Assembly (NCBI GenBank): GCA_018715885.1 | Contig: DVKT01000063.1 | Span: 15,223-79,222 of the forward strand | Reading direction: 5' to 3' | Origin: Candidatus Caccoplasma intestinavium | Lineage (GTDB): Bacteria; Bacteroidota; Bacteroidia; Bacteroidales; UBA11471 | DNA: 64,000 nucleotides | Part shown: positions 26,223 through 36,889 of the stretch, in pieces | How the letters are laid out: each line of letters starts with the position of its first letter | Numbering within the stretch: the first letter of the stretch is position 1 | Position numbers and translations under genes: made by a program | The notes under the pieces: model-generated | Database searches by the model: none | What the model was told of the DNA's origin: nothing | What the model saw: only the letters and a program-made list of their open reading frames with translations

Positions 26223-29105
26223 ATGAAAAATAGATTGTTCATCACGCTTTTAGCTGCGTTCTGTGCCGGCCTTTTTCTTTCTGCCCGAGCGCAGGAAACC
26301 CGTAAAATATATCTGTCGGGTACAGGATTCGGAAATACGGTGAAGTGGGATTTTTATTGCACCGAAGGCCGCAACAGCGGCAAATGGAAAAAAATCGAAG
26401 TCCCTTCGCAATGGGAGTTGCAGGGATTCGGTGAATATACTTACGGAAGATGGTATAAGGATAAGGACCGGAATTCGGGTATGGTACGGAGGTTGAAAAA
26501 TCCGAGTATGGAGCAGGGCATTTACCGCCATACTTTTTCTGTTCCCGCAGCCTATCAGGGCCAGCAGATCTCTTTGGTATTCGACGGTGTGATGACCGAT
26601 ACCGAGGTCTCGGTCAATGGTCAGGTGGTAGGCCCGAAACATCAAGGAGGTTTTTATCGCTTCTCTTATGACATAACCGATTTCATATCTTTCGGCAAGA
26701 AAAATATACTCGAAGTTACCGTTTGGAAACATTCTTCCAATAAATCGGTCAATAATGCCGAACGAAAAGCCGACTGGTGGCTTTTCGGCGGTATTTACCG
26801 GCCTGTTTTTCTTGAAATAAAACCGGTGCGCCATATCGATCGCCTGGCGGTCGATGCCCGTGCCGACGGTTCTATCGACGCTCAGGTCTTCTTGTCGGGA
26901 ATCGATAAGGCATATATGGTCGATGCCACACTCTCGTCATTGGCCTCCGGAGAGGTGCTCTACGGGAAACTGCAAGCGCAGGCAGCGGCCGGCGACAGTG
27001 TCGTTACGTTGTCGGGACGTTGGAACGGCGTGCGTGCATGGAATCCCGAAGATCCCAATCTTTATGTGCTTTCGGTAAGTCTGCGCGGGAATGATGGTAC
27101 GGTATTGCACCGTTATGACCAGCGTGTCGGATTCCGTACCGTGGATTTCCGTCCGAAAGACGGCCTTTATGTCAATGGCGTGAAAGTTATTCTCAAAGGA
27201 ATCAACCGTCATTCTTTCTGGCCCGACGGAGGTCGTACGACCAACAAGCAGATAAGCATCGATGATGTGAAACTCATCAAGGAGATGAACATGAACGCCA
27301 TACGTTGTCATTATCCGCCCGACGATCATTTTCTCGATGTGTGCGATTCTCTGGGCGTATTTTTTATAGATGAGTTGGCCGGTTGGCAGAATTCCTACGA
27401 TACTCAGGTCGGGTCGCGTCTGTTGGCCGAAATGCTGACGCGGGACGTCAATCACCCTTCCATCATCATTTGGAGCAACGGAAACGAAGGCGGGTGGAAT
27501 AAGAAACTCGATCCTCTTTTCGACTTTTACGATCCGCAAAAACGCCATGTGATTCACCCGTGGGCCGACTTCGACGAACTCGATACGCATCATTATCCCG
27601 CTTATCTTACCGGTGTGGCACGTTTTACTTACGGGTATAAACTCTTTATGCCCACCGAGTTCATGCACGGACAGTATGATCAGGGACATGGCGCCGGACT
27701 CGAAGATTTCTGGAACAGCTATACCTCTCACCCTCTTTTTGTGGGCGGATTCATGTGGGATTTTTGCGATAATGCCGTGAGACGTTCCGATCGGAACGGG
27801 GAGCTAGACTCCGACGGCTTCAATGCTCCCGACGGTATTCTTGGTCCTTATCGTGAAAAAGAGGGCAGTTATTATACCGTGCGCGATATATGGGCGCCTA
27901 TTCAGGTCGAGAAGTTTTTTGTTACCCCCTCCTTTAATGGACGCTTCAAAGTCTCGAATGACTATCTTTATACCTCACTCGATAAGTGTCGTATGACTTA
28001 TAAACTCTACAAGGTCGAATCTCCGCTTGCGAACGAGAAAGGCGTGCAGAAGGAAATCGGTGAGGGCACCGTGCTGTTGCCTGCTCTCGCGCCCGGTGAG
28101 CAGGGATATGCTTTTATGGAACTTCCCTCGAATTTCTTCGATGCCGATGTATTGGAAGTTACGGCTTATAATCCCGATGGATCGGAGATGTGTACGCGTA
28201 CGTGGAGTGTCGGTTATGCACGGGATTATTGGAAGCGTCATGGAGAGGCATCTTCTGTTTTGTCTCCGGCTGTTTGTCGGGAACAAGGAAATGGCGTAAC
28301 CCTTTCTGCCGGCGGTGTCGAGGTAACGTTCGATAAAACGACGGGGTATATTACTCGTGTTCTCAGCGGGAAACAGTCTGTCTCGTTTTCCAACGGTCCT
28401 GTTCCGGTAGGCATGGTGGCTTCCGTGAAAAGTACACAGACCCGTATGGACGGTGATACAGCGGTGTTTGCCGTGAAGTATAACGGTAATATCGATTCAA
28501 TTGTTTGGCGCATGTCTCCCGAAGGTCTGCTCGATATGAACTTGCTTATGCTCAATCGCTCCCGATTGGGCGGCGGACTCGACGATGCGGCCTCCTACGA
28601 TAATATTACCAATTTGGGAATTACGTTCAGTTATCCCGAAAGCTGTGTAACCGGTATGCGTTGGTTGGGCGGCGGTCCTTATCGCGTATGGAAAAACCGT
28701 TTGAGGGGAGCCAATATGGGAGTATGGGAAAAGGCATATAACAATACGATTACGGGTGAGAGTTTTGAAAATCTCATTTATCCCGAGTTTAAAGGTTATC
28801 ACTCCAATCTATACTGGGCTACGATACAGAATAAGGAGCAGGATTTTACGGTATATTCGATGAGCGATGGCGTTTATTTGCGTATGCTTACGCCCGAAGA
28901 ACCGAAAAATCGGCAAGGTTCAACTCTTACAATGCCGGCCTTTCCTGCGGGCGATATATCTTTCCTGCTGGAAATACCGGCGATACGAAGTTTTAAACCG
29001 ATTTCCCAACACGGCCCGAAAAGTCAGCCCGGGACGATTCGTATCAAGTCGGGAGATGAAGGAATACATCTCGACCTCGGTTTCGATTTCAGAAAAAAAC
29101 AATAA
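26223..29105 (+). CDS. GH2 glycoside hydrolase (large beta-galactosidase-like), secreted
   Basis: NHPSIIIWSNGNEGG, FVGGFMWDFCD, an N-terminal sugar-binding domain (WKKIEVPSQWE) and signal peptide MKNRLFITLLAAFCAGLFLSARAQ. Confidence 0.8.
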   Translation: MKNRLFITLLAAFCAGLFLSARAQETRKIYLSGTGFGNTVKWDFYCTEGRNSGKWKKIEVPSQWELQGFGEYTYGRWYKDKDRNSGMVRRLKNPSMEQGIYRHTFSVPAAYQGQQISLVFDGVMTDTEVSVNGQVVGPKHQGGFYRFSYDITDFISFGKKNILEVTVWKHSSNKSVNNAERKADWWLFGGIYRPVFLEIKPVRHIDRLAVDARADGSIDAQVFLSGIDKAYMVDATLSSLASGEVLYGKLQAQAAAGDSVVTLSGRWNGVRAWNPEDPNLYVLSVSLRGNDGTVLHRYDQRVGFRTVDFRPKDGLYVNGVKVILKGINRHSFWPDGGRTTNKQISIDDVKLIKEMNMNAIRCHYPPDDHFLDVCDSLGVFFIDELAGWQNSYDTQVGSRLLAEMLTRDVNHPSIIIWSNGNEGGWNKKLDPLFDFYDPQKRHVIHPWADFDELDTHHYPAYLTGVARFTYGYKLFMPTEFMHGQYDQGHGAGLEDFWNSYTSHPLFVGGFMWDFCDNAVRRSDRNGELDSDGFNAPDGILGPYREKEGSYYTVRDIWAPIQVEKFFVTPSFNGRFKVSNDYLYTSLDKCRMTYKLYKVESPLANEKGVQKEIGEGTVLLPALAPGEQGYAFMELPSNFFDADVLEVTAYNPDGSEMCTRTWSVGYARDYWKRHGEASSVLSPAVCREQGNGVTLSAGGVEVTFDKTTGYITRVLSGKQSVSFSNGPVPVGMVASVKSTQTRMDGDTAVFAVKYNGNIDSIVWRMSPEGLLDMNLLMLNRSRLGGGLDDAASYDNITNLGITFSYPESCVTGMRWLGGGPYRVWKNRLRGANMGVWEKAYNNTITGESFENLIYPEFKGYHSNLYWATIQNKEQDFTVYSMSDGVYLRMLTPEEPKNRQGSTLTMPAFPAGDISFLLEIPAIRSFKPISQHGPKSQPGTIRIKSGDEGIHLDLGFDFRKKQ

Positions 29106-29117
29106 AAGAACATTTCA

Positions 29118-31928
29118 ATGAAAACCATGTATACAATCAGACAGAATATTTCCCGTATGATTTGCAGCGGGTTGTTCGTGGGACTCTCGGCTGTGGCGGC
29201 GGCTCAGGCACCGGCGTGGCCTGAGGTAACGACCGAGGCAAAACCCGGAACTCGTTGGTGGTGGCTGGGCAGTGCGGTAGACTCGGCCAGCCTTACGGCC
29301 AATATGACCGATTATGCCCGTACCGGATTGGGAACGCTCGAAATAACACCTATTTACGGTGTAAAAAATAATGAACTCAATGACATAGAGTATTTATCGC
29401 CCCGGTGGATGCAGATGTATTCGTTTGTTTGCGAGGAAGGCAAACGCTTGGGGTTGGATATCGATATGAATAACGGTACCGGCTGGCCGTTCGGTGGTCC
29501 GGAGGTTTCGCTCGAAGATGCCGCCAGCAAAGTGATTTTTTTGAAATATACGCTCGATGGGGGCACTCGGCTCTCCGAACCGGTCGTTGTAACTGATAAA
29601 AAACAGAAACCTGTTGCTAAACTATTGCGTTTGATGGCATATTCTCCCGACGGGAGAGTTTTGAATCTTACTTCCCGGGTCAATAAGGAAACCGGAGAGT
29701 TGAACTGGACGGCACCCGAAGGTAAAGAGTGGAAACTTGTTGCGGCATTTTTAGGAAAAACGTTTCAAAAGGTAAAACGGGCGGCTCCCGGGGGAGAAGG
29801 ATATGTAATGAACCATTTCTCCAAGAAGGCGGTGGCAAATTATTTTTCCCGTTTCGATCGGGCCTTTGCTTCTTCCGGAGCACCTGCACCCGAGACTTTT
29901 TTCAATGATTCGTATGAAGTGTACGGAGCCGATTGGACTCCCGATTTTTTCGAACAATTTGCTCGTCGTCGGGGATATAAGCTCGAAAATCATTTGCTTG
30001 AACTGACAGGCGAAAAAAGCGATATACGGGCTCGCCTTATTACCGATTATCGGGAAACTATTGCCGAACTGTTGAAAGAAAATTTTACGCAACAATGGAA
30101 AGATTGGGCGCATAAGCACAAGAGCTTAATACGAAATCAGGCGCATGGTTCGCCCGGAAATCTCATCGATCTTTATGCGATGGTAGATATTCCAGAGTGT
30201 GAAGGTTTCGGTATTACCGATTTCGGCATTAAAGGTTTGCGCCGCGATTCGGTAAAGAAAGACAACGATTCCGATTTTTCCATGCTTAAATATGCCTCTT
30301 CCGGAGCGCATATATCGGGAAAAACTTATGTCTCTTCCGAGACATTTACATGGCTTACCGAGCATTTCCGTACGTCGTTGTCGCAGTGTAAGCCCGATCT
30401 CGATCTCATGTTCTCGGCCGGAGTCAACCACATGTTTTTTCATGGAACACCCTATTCGCCTCGTGATGCCGAGTGGCCGGGCTGGCTCTTTTATGCGACG
30501 ATAAATATGTCGCCGACCAATACGATATGGCGCGATGCCTCCGGATTGTTCTCGTATATCACCCGTTGCCAGTCATTCTTGCAGATGGGAAAACCCGACA
30601 ATGACTTTCTCGTTTACCTGCCTTTGTACGATATTTGGTACGAGCAGCAAGGATCGCTCGGACTTGCGTTCGATATTCATAAAATGGCGAAGCGGGCACC
30701 TCATTTCATCGATGTGATTGCGCAAATTACCGATTCGGGGTATGATGTCGATTATATTTCCGATGATTTTTTACGTAAAACAAAATATCGCGACGGACAG
30801 TTGGTAACGACGGGAGGTACTTGTTATAAGGCTATCATATTACCGGCCGTCAAGATGATGCCCGATGATGTACTCAAACACCTCCTTGCATTGGCTCGAC
30901 AAGGAGCTACATTGGTATTTGTGGATAATTATCCCCAAGATGTTCCCGGTTTTGCTGCTGTCGAGAAACGCCGGAAAGCATTTAAGACACAGCTTTCGAC
31001 TCTGCCCGATGCAGGCGGTTTTACGGCCGAGCAGGTACTGGAATATGGTAAGGGGCGCATTATTACCGGTAGCGATTATGCGAAGGTATTGGAAATGACA
31101 GGTGTAGAACCCGAAGATGTGAAGACCCGTTACGGAGCTCATTATATACGGCGTGAAAATGATAAGGGACATCACTATTTCATCGCTTCGTTGCAGAGTA
31201 AGGGTGTCGAGGGGTGGATAACTCCAGCAGTTGCAGGAAAATCCGTTGCTATTTACGATCCGGTTTCGGGTCGTTCGGGAATGGCCCGTACACGTATTCA
31301 CGATGGCAAGTTGCAGTATTATTTGCAGTTGCGTTCTGGAGAGTCGGCCATCGTTTGTGTGTACAATGAAGATGTGCCCGGAGATGCTTGGCCTTACTAT
31401 ACGAAACAGCCCGTAAGCCTGTCTCTCGATAACGGTTGGTCATTGGTTTTTACCGAAAGTGAACCGGCCATATCGGGTACATTTACGATCGATACGCTCG
31501 GTTCTTGGACATCTCTTCCGGTACCCGAAGCTTCGATCAATCGAGGTTCGGCAACCTATACCATCACGTTTGATTTGCCCGATATACCGTGCGATGAGTG
31601 GATTCTCGATCTCGGTGATGTGAGGGAGAGTGCCCGTGTTACGGTGAATGGTACGGCGGTAGATACCCTTTGGTCGGTGCCTTTCTATACGATGGTGAAG
31701 CGTTATCTTCGTCCCGGTACGAACCGGATCGATATAGAAGTTACTAATCTTCCGGCCAATAGTATTGCCGAGTACGATCGTCGAGGTATCGAGTGGAGAC
31801 GTTTTAAAGATGCCAATATCAATAATCTGGGCTATAAGAAAGGCAAATATGGTCATTGGGAAGTTATTCCCAGCGGTCTTTTGGGTCCTGTGCATCTCGT
31901 GCCGGTAAATTTGAAAAATCAATTTTGA
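29118..31928 (+). CDS. GH106-like alpha-L-rhamnosidase (tentative family call)
   Basis: From memory, the N-terminal KPGTRWWWLGSAV...GLGTLEITPIYG pattern and the C-terminal galactose-binding-like VNGTAVDTLWSVPF...PGTNRIDIEVTNLPANSIAE match proteins annotated as GH106. Adjacency to rhamnose catabolism fits. Needs HMM confirmation. Confidence 0.6.
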   Translation: MKTMYTIRQNISRMICSGLFVGLSAVAAAQAPAWPEVTTEAKPGTRWWWLGSAVDSASLTANMTDYARTGLGTLEITPIYGVKNNELNDIEYLSPRWMQMYSFVCEEGKRLGLDIDMNNGTGWPFGGPEVSLEDAASKVIFLKYTLDGGTRLSEPVVVTDKKQKPVAKLLRLMAYSPDGRVLNLTSRVNKETGELNWTAPEGKEWKLVAAFLGKTFQKVKRAAPGGEGYVMNHFSKKAVANYFSRFDRAFASSGAPAPETFFNDSYEVYGADWTPDFFEQFARRRGYKLENHLLELTGEKSDIRARLITDYRETIAELLKENFTQQWKDWAHKHKSLIRNQAHGSPGNLIDLYAMVDIPECEGFGITDFGIKGLRRDSVKKDNDSDFSMLKYASSGAHISGKTYVSSETFTWLTEHFRTSLSQCKPDLDLMFSAGVNHMFFHGTPYSPRDAEWPGWLFYATINMSPTNTIWRDASGLFSYITRCQSFLQMGKPDNDFLVYLPLYDIWYEQQGSLGLAFDIHKMAKRAPHFIDVIAQITDSGYDVDYISDDFLRKTKYRDGQLVTTGGTCYKAIILPAVKMMPDDVLKHLLALARQGATLVFVDNYPQDVPGFAAVEKRRKAFKTQLSTLPDAGGFTAEQVLEYGKGRIITGSDYAKVLEMTGVEPEDVKTRYGAHYIRRENDKGHHYFIASLQSKGVEGWITPAVAGKSVAIYDPVSGRSGMARTRIHDGKLQYYLQLRSGESAIVCVYNEDVPGDAWPYYTKQPVSLSLDNGWSLVFTESEPAISGTFTIDTLGSWTSLPVPEASINRGSATYTITFDLPDIPCDEWILDLGDVRESARVTVNGTAVDTLWSVPFYTMVKRYLRPGTNRIDIEVTNLPANSIAEYDRRGIEWRRFKDANINNLGYKKGKYGHWEVIPSGLLGPVHLVPVNLKNQF

Positions 31929-31952
31929 TAATATCCGCCTTTATCAATATGT

Positions 31953-31989
31953 AAAATAATGACCGTATATATACGGTCATTATTTTTTT
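31953..31989 (+). terminator. Intrinsic terminator after the GH106-like gene
   Basis: Perfect 34-nt palindrome AAAATAATGACCGTATA/TATACGGTCATTATTTT followed by additional T residues. Confidence 0.8.
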
Positions 31990-32059
31990 AGTTCCATGAT
32001 TTTATTATCTTTGTCAATCGGAATAGTTTTTCTGTCAAAATATCTACCTGTGGCAAGGA

Positions 32060-32093
32060 ACGAAAGACTTATTTTTGTATCGGCTAAAAAACC
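32060..32093 (+). promoter_or_regulatory. Candidate rha promoter/operator: -7 box TATTTTTG (32060-32067), direct repeats TGTATCGG (32066-32073 and 32086-32093), inverted repeat ATCGG-N8-CCGAT (32069-32086)
   Basis: All motifs read directly. The direct repeats are spaced 20 bp apart, about two helical turns, and lie 50 nt upstream of the rhaB ATG. Confidence 0.35.
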
Positions 32094-32143
32094 GATGTAT
32101 CGGATTTGATAGATATATTGAAAATAAATAGAGCAAAATATAC

Positions 32144-33625
32144 ATGAAAACACGCCACTTTTTTGCTGTGGATTTAGGGGCTACCAGCGGCCGTACGATT
32201 TTGGGTACTCTTTCCGACGGAAAGATGGATATGAAAGAAGTAACCCGTTTTGCAAATCCTATTATAGAAACTGGAGGGCATTGTTATTGGGATATTTATG
32301 CCCTTTATCTCGAAATCATCAAAGGCTTGAAAAAAATCGCCCAAGAAGGTATCGCCATCGAGTCGATCGGTATCGATACATGGGGGGTCGATTTTGTGAT
32401 GGTAGGGAAAGATGGTGCGTTTTTGCGTAATCCCTATTGTTATCGCGACCCGCATACGGTTGGTGCTCCCGAAGAATATTTCACGCACATTCCTCGGGAA
32501 CGGGTATATGAGTTGACGGGAATTCAGGTGATGAATTTCAATTCCTTGTTCCAGTTGTCCACGTTGCATCGCAATCATTGTTCGGCACTTGAAGCAGCCG
32601 ATAAAATACTCTTCATTCCCGACGCACTCAGTTATATGCTCACGGGTAAGATGGTAACCGAATATACGATTGCCTCGACGTCGCAAATTCTCAATCCCCG
32701 TACCAAAGAGTTGGAGCAAGAATTGCTTGATGTCGTAGGCGTGAAAAAAGAGCAATTTGCCAAGTTTGTCTATCCCGGGGAAGTGGTAGGTACATTGACC
32801 CCTGAGGTACAGAAACTGACAGGCTTGGGTGTCGTCCCTGTTATAGCGGTTGCTGGTCATGATACGGCCTCGGCCGTTGCTGCGGTTCCTGCTCGAAACG
32901 AGCGTTTTGCTTACCTTAGCTCGGGAACATGGTCGTTGATGGGTATCGAAGTAAAAGATGCTATTATCAATAAAGACAGTTTTGAAAAGAATTTTACCAA
33001 CGAAGGAGGGGTCGAAGGAACGACTCGTTTCTTGAAGAATATTTGCGGTATGTGGTTGCTCGAACAATGTCGTCGCGAGTGGTCGGCTGCGGGGAACGAC
33101 TATTCCTATCCCGAGTTGATTGCCGCCGCCGAAGCTGCACCGGTATTCCGTAGTATTATCAATCCCGATTCTCTCAGTTTCGCCAATCCTCCTTCGATGA
33201 TCGATGCCATACGTCGTTATTGTCGTACGACCGGGCAGGTAGAACCCCAGACGCATGGCGAACTGACCCGTTGTATCTTCGAGAGTCTGCCATTGCGTTA
33301 CCGTCAGGTTTTCGGTTATTTACAGGAGATGGCACCGTTTACCATCGAACGTCTGCACGTCATAGGCGGTGGTTCGCGGAACAATCTTCTCAACCAAAAT
33401 ACTTGCAATGCCGTAGGCGTACCGGTTTCTGCCGGGCCTTCCGAGGGTACGGCTATCGGTAATATCATGTTACAGGCCAAAGCTGCCGGTGATGTAAACG
33501 ATATTGCGGCTATGCGTGCCATTATCGCCGATTCGATAGAACTTGCCGAGTTTATGCCTTGGGACAAAGAGGTATGGGACGAAGCTTATCGTCGTTATCT
33601 TTCGGTGTATCGTGAAGATATTTAA
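32144..33625 (+). CDS. rhaB: Rhamnulokinase (FGGY family)
   Basis: N-terminal FFAVDLGATSGRTILG, the FGGY sugar-kinase pattern, and first position in a kinase-isomerase-transporter-aldolase cluster. Confidence 0.9.
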   Translation: MKTRHFFAVDLGATSGRTILGTLSDGKMDMKEVTRFANPIIETGGHCYWDIYALYLEIIKGLKKIAQEGIAIESIGIDTWGVDFVMVGKDGAFLRNPYCYRDPHTVGAPEEYFTHIPRERVYELTGIQVMNFNSLFQLSTLHRNHCSALEAADKILFIPDALSYMLTGKMVTEYTIASTSQILNPRTKELEQELLDVVGVKKEQFAKFVYPGEVVGTLTPEVQKLTGLGVVPVIAVAGHDTASAVAAVPARNERFAYLSSGTWSLMGIEVKDAIINKDSFEKNFTNEGGVEGTTRFLKNICGMWLLEQCRREWSAAGNDYSYPELIAAAEAAPVFRSIINPDSLSFANPPSMIDAIRRYCRTTGQVEPQTHGELTRCIFESLPLRYRQVFGYLQEMAPFTIERLHVIGGGSRNNLLNQNTCNAVGVPVSAGPSEGTAIGNIMLQAKAAGDVNDIAAMRAIIADSIELAEFMPWDKEVWDEAYRRYLSVYREDI

Positions 33626-33654
33626 ATAAGGAAATTAACCATAAATATAAAGTC

Positions 33655-34905
33655 ATGAAAGAAAATCTTGTTCTTAAAGCGTATGAAATAGCCAAAGAGC
33701 GTTATGCCGCTATCGGTGTAAATACCGATGAAGTATTGGATAAACTTCAAAAAGTTCAAATATCGTTGCACTGCTGGCAAACCGACGATGTCGTGGGATT
33801 CGAGTCGGGCAGTGCCTTGTCCGGTGGTATTCAGACGACCGGTAACTATCCCGGTAAGGCTCGTAATATCGATGAAGTACGTGCCGACCTTGTTGAGGCT
33901 ATGTCATTGATCCCTTCTAAACATCGTGTCAATCTGCATGAGATTTATGGCGATTTCGGTGGTAAATTCGTCGATCGTGATCAATGCGAACCTGCACATT
34001 TTGAAAGTTGGATGCAATGGGCTGCCGATCTCGGTATCAAACTCGACTTCAACTCATCTTCTTTTTCACACCCGAAATCGGGCAATCTTTCTCTCTCGAA
34101 TCCCGACAAAGGAATCCGTGATTTTTGGATTGAGCATACCAAACGTTGTCGTGCTATTGCCGAAGAGATGGGTAAACGCCAGGGAGATCCCTGTATCATG
34201 AACTTGTGGGTACACGACGGTAGCAAAGATATTACCGTAAATCGTATGTATTACCGCAGTTTGTTTGAGCAGAGTCTGGACGAGATCTTCTCGGTGAAAT
34301 ACGATCACATGAAGACCGGTTTGGAATCGAAAGTATTCGGTATCGGTTTGGAATATTATACCGTCGGTTCCAATGAATTCTGTGTGGGATATGCTACCAA
34401 GAATCAAACCTTGCTGACCATCGATACCGGACACTATCACCCGACCGAAGTGGCTGCCGACAAGGTGTCGTCGATGTTGTTGTTCGTACCCGAATTGATT
34501 CTCCATGTAAGCCGTCCTATCCGCTGGGATTCCGACCACGTAACTATCATGGACGATTCTACGGTCGAACTCTTCCAGGAACTTGTACGTTGTGATGCTA
34601 TGGATCGCGTACATATCGCGTTGGACTATTTCGATGCTTCGATCAATCGTATCGGTGCTTATGTAATCGGTACGCGTGCGGCACAGAAATCTATCCTCCG
34701 TGCTTTGCTGGAACCTCTGGCTACTTTGCGCAAATACGAAGCCGAAGACAAAGGTTTCCAACGTCTTGCTCTGCTCGAAGAAGCAAAGGCTATGCCGTGG
34801 AATGCCGTTTGGGATATGTTCTGTCTCAAAAATAACGTGCCCGTCGGGGAGGAATTTATTCCCGAAGTGGAAAAATACGAGAGAGAAGTTACCTCTAAAA
34901 GATAA
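33655..34905 (+). CDS. rhaA: L-rhamnose isomerase
   Basis: Collinear similarity to E. coli RhaA recalled from memory: SLHCWQTDDV.GFE, GGIQTTGNYPGKARN, ESKVFGIGLEYYTVGSNEF, DTGHYHPTE, LHVSRPIRWDSDHV, DYFDASINRIGAYVIGTR. Confidence 0.95.
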   Translation: MKENLVLKAYEIAKERYAAIGVNTDEVLDKLQKVQISLHCWQTDDVVGFESGSALSGGIQTTGNYPGKARNIDEVRADLVEAMSLIPSKHRVNLHEIYGDFGGKFVDRDQCEPAHFESWMQWAADLGIKLDFNSSSFSHPKSGNLSLSNPDKGIRDFWIEHTKRCRAIAEEMGKRQGDPCIMNLWVHDGSKDITVNRMYYRSLFEQSLDEIFSVKYDHMKTGLESKVFGIGLEYYTVGSNEFCVGYATKNQTLLTIDTGHYHPTEVAADKVSSMLLFVPELILHVSRPIRWDSDHVTIMDDSTVELFQELVRCDAMDRVHIALDYFDASINRIGAYVIGTRAAQKSILRALLEPLATLRKYEAEDKGFQRLALLEEAKAMPWNAVWDMFCLKNNVPVGEEFIPEVEKYEREVTSKR

Positions 34906-34982
34906 AAAGTACTTACTGTAATAAAAAGGTTTATGGCGGAGATTGGTTTCGTCACAAACCTTTTTAGTCATATAAGAACGAT

Positions 34983-36020
34983 ATGGAAATCTTAATAGGA
35001 TTATTAATCATAGCCGTTGGCGCCTTTTGCCAATCGAGTTGTTATGTCCCCATCAATCGTATCAAAGATTGGAGTTGGGAGTCGTATTGGATCGTGCAAG
35101 GCGTATTCGCTTGGTTGATTTTTCCCTTTTTGGGAGCGCTCTTGGCTGTACCCGAAGGACACTCGTTGTCCGATCTTTTCACGACCGAAAACTCTTTCGA
35201 TATAATCATGACCATCATCTTTGGTGCTCTTTGGGGAGTCGGCGGTCTTACATTCGGTCTCTCGATGCGCTATTTGGGCGTGGCATTGGGACAATCGATT
35301 GCCTTAGGAACATGTGCCGGATTGGGAACGATTATGGGTCCTGTCTTGCTGAACCTGTTTTTCCCCGAAATGAATGCTTTGCAATCGCTTACTTTTGCTG
35401 TCATCTTGGGTGTGGTCGTAACGCTGGTGGGTATCGCTATCATTGGTGTTGCCGGTGGTATGAAATCGGCCTCTCTCTCTGATGAAGAAAAGAAAGCTGC
35501 TGTAAAAGATTTTAATTTTCCCAAAGGTCTTTCCATTGCATTGCTTGCCGGTTTTATGAGCGGCTGTTTCAATGTAGGTTTGGAATTTGGAAAAGAGATC
35601 AACTTTGGTTCACTTACGTCCGATATGTACAGAACGCTGCCGGCTACCTTGTTGGTTACATTGGGTGGATTTGTAACCAATGCGGTTTATTGTTTTTACC
35701 AAAATCAAAAAAACAAGACTTGGGGCGATTATAGGAAGTCGGCCGTTTGGGGCAATAACCTGTTGTTCTGTGCTTTGGCTGGATTTTTGTGGTATAGCCA
35801 ATTCTTCGGTCTCTCTTTGGGTAAAGGATTTCTGACGGAATCACCTACGCTTACCACGCTTGCTTTCTGTATACTTATGGCGCTCAATGTCGTGTTTTCC
35901 AATGTGTGGGGTATCATACTGAAAGAGTGGAAAGGCTGTTCGCGACAGACTATTGCCGTTCTGATGTTGGGTATTGTCGTGCTTATCGTCTCGACGTTTA
36001 TACCCGAATTGCTTAAATAA
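34983..36020 (+). CDS. rhaT: L-rhamnose/H+ symporter
   Basis: About ten TM helices. The N-terminal region CYVPINRIKDWSWESYW resembles E. coli RhaT (FYAPFKKVKKWSWETMW). Operon context agrees. Confidence 0.85.
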   Translation: MEILIGLLIIAVGAFCQSSCYVPINRIKDWSWESYWIVQGVFAWLIFPFLGALLAVPEGHSLSDLFTTENSFDIIMTIIFGALWGVGGLTFGLSMRYLGVALGQSIALGTCAGLGTIMGPVLLNLFFPEMNALQSLTFAVILGVVVTLVGIAIIGVAGGMKSASLSDEEKKAAVKDFNFPKGLSIALLAGFMSGCFNVGLEFGKEINFGSLTSDMYRTLPATLLVTLGGFVTNAVYCFYQNQKNKTWGDYRKSAVWGNNLLFCALAGFLWYSQFFGLSLGKGFLTESPTLTTLAFCILMALNVVFSNVWGIILKEWKGCSRQTIAVLMLGIVVLIVSTFIPELLK

Positions 36021-36053
36021 TTCAGTATACCAAAAATTAAAAAACAGAATACA

Positions 36054-36863
36054 ATGAAATCAATATTAGAAGGACGCCCCGCATTGGCTCGCGAGGTGGA
36101 AAAAGTAGCCGAAGTAGCCGGATATTTGTGGCAAAAAGGCTGGGCCGAACGTAATGGCGGTAACATAACCATCAACATTACCGAGTTGGTCGATGACGAA
36201 ATTCGTAAAATGCCTGCTATCGGGCCTGTAACTTCCATAGGGACGACGTTACCCAATATCAAAGGGTGCTATTTTTTCTGTAAAGGAACCAACAAACGTA
36301 TGCGCGACCTCGCCCGTTGGCCGATGGAGAACGGTTCGGTAATACGTATTCTCGACGATTGTGCCAGTTATGAAATCATTGCCGACAATCTCGTGAAACC
36401 AACCTCGGAACTGCCGGCTCACTTGTCGATGCATAACCTGCTTATAGGGCGCGGCTCTACTTACAAAGCCTCATTGCATACTCACCCGATCGAATTGGTA
36501 GCTATGAGCCATGCTCCGAAATTCCTTGAAAAAGACGTGCTTACCAATCTTTTGTGGAGTATGATTCCCGAGACCAAAGCATTCTGCCCGAGAGGTTTGG
36601 GTATTATTCCTTATAAAATGCCCAGTTCGGTGGAGTTGGCCGAAGCTACGATCAAAGAGCTTGACGATTATGATGTGGTGCTGTGGGAAAAACACGGTGT
36701 ATGTGCCGTCGGTGAAGACATTATGGACGCTTTCGATCAAGTCGATGTGTTGAGCAAATCGGCTCAAATCTATATCGATGCCAAATCTATGGGTTTTGAA
36801 CCCGATGGTATGAGTGCCGAGCAGATGAAAGAATTGAGTGTAACCTTCAATCTCCCCAAATAA
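36054..36863 (+). CDS. rhaD: Rhamnulose-1-phosphate aldolase (class II)
   Basis: KGWAERNGGNITI, PTSELPAHLSMH and SLHTHP metal-ligand contexts, similar to E. coli RhaD. Length 269 aa. Confidence 0.9.
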   Translation: MKSILEGRPALAREVEKVAEVAGYLWQKGWAERNGGNITINITELVDDEIRKMPAIGPVTSIGTTLPNIKGCYFFCKGTNKRMRDLARWPMENGSVIRILDDCASYEIIADNLVKPTSELPAHLSMHNLLIGRGSTYKASLHTHPIELVAMSHAPKFLEKDVLTNLLWSMIPETKAFCPRGLGIIPYKMPSSVELAEATIKELDDYDVVLWEKHGVCAVGEDIMDAFDQVDVLSKSAQIYIDAKSMGFEPDGMSAEQMKELSVTFNLPK

Positions 36864-36889
36864 TTAAATATTATAGAAGTACTGTTTTT

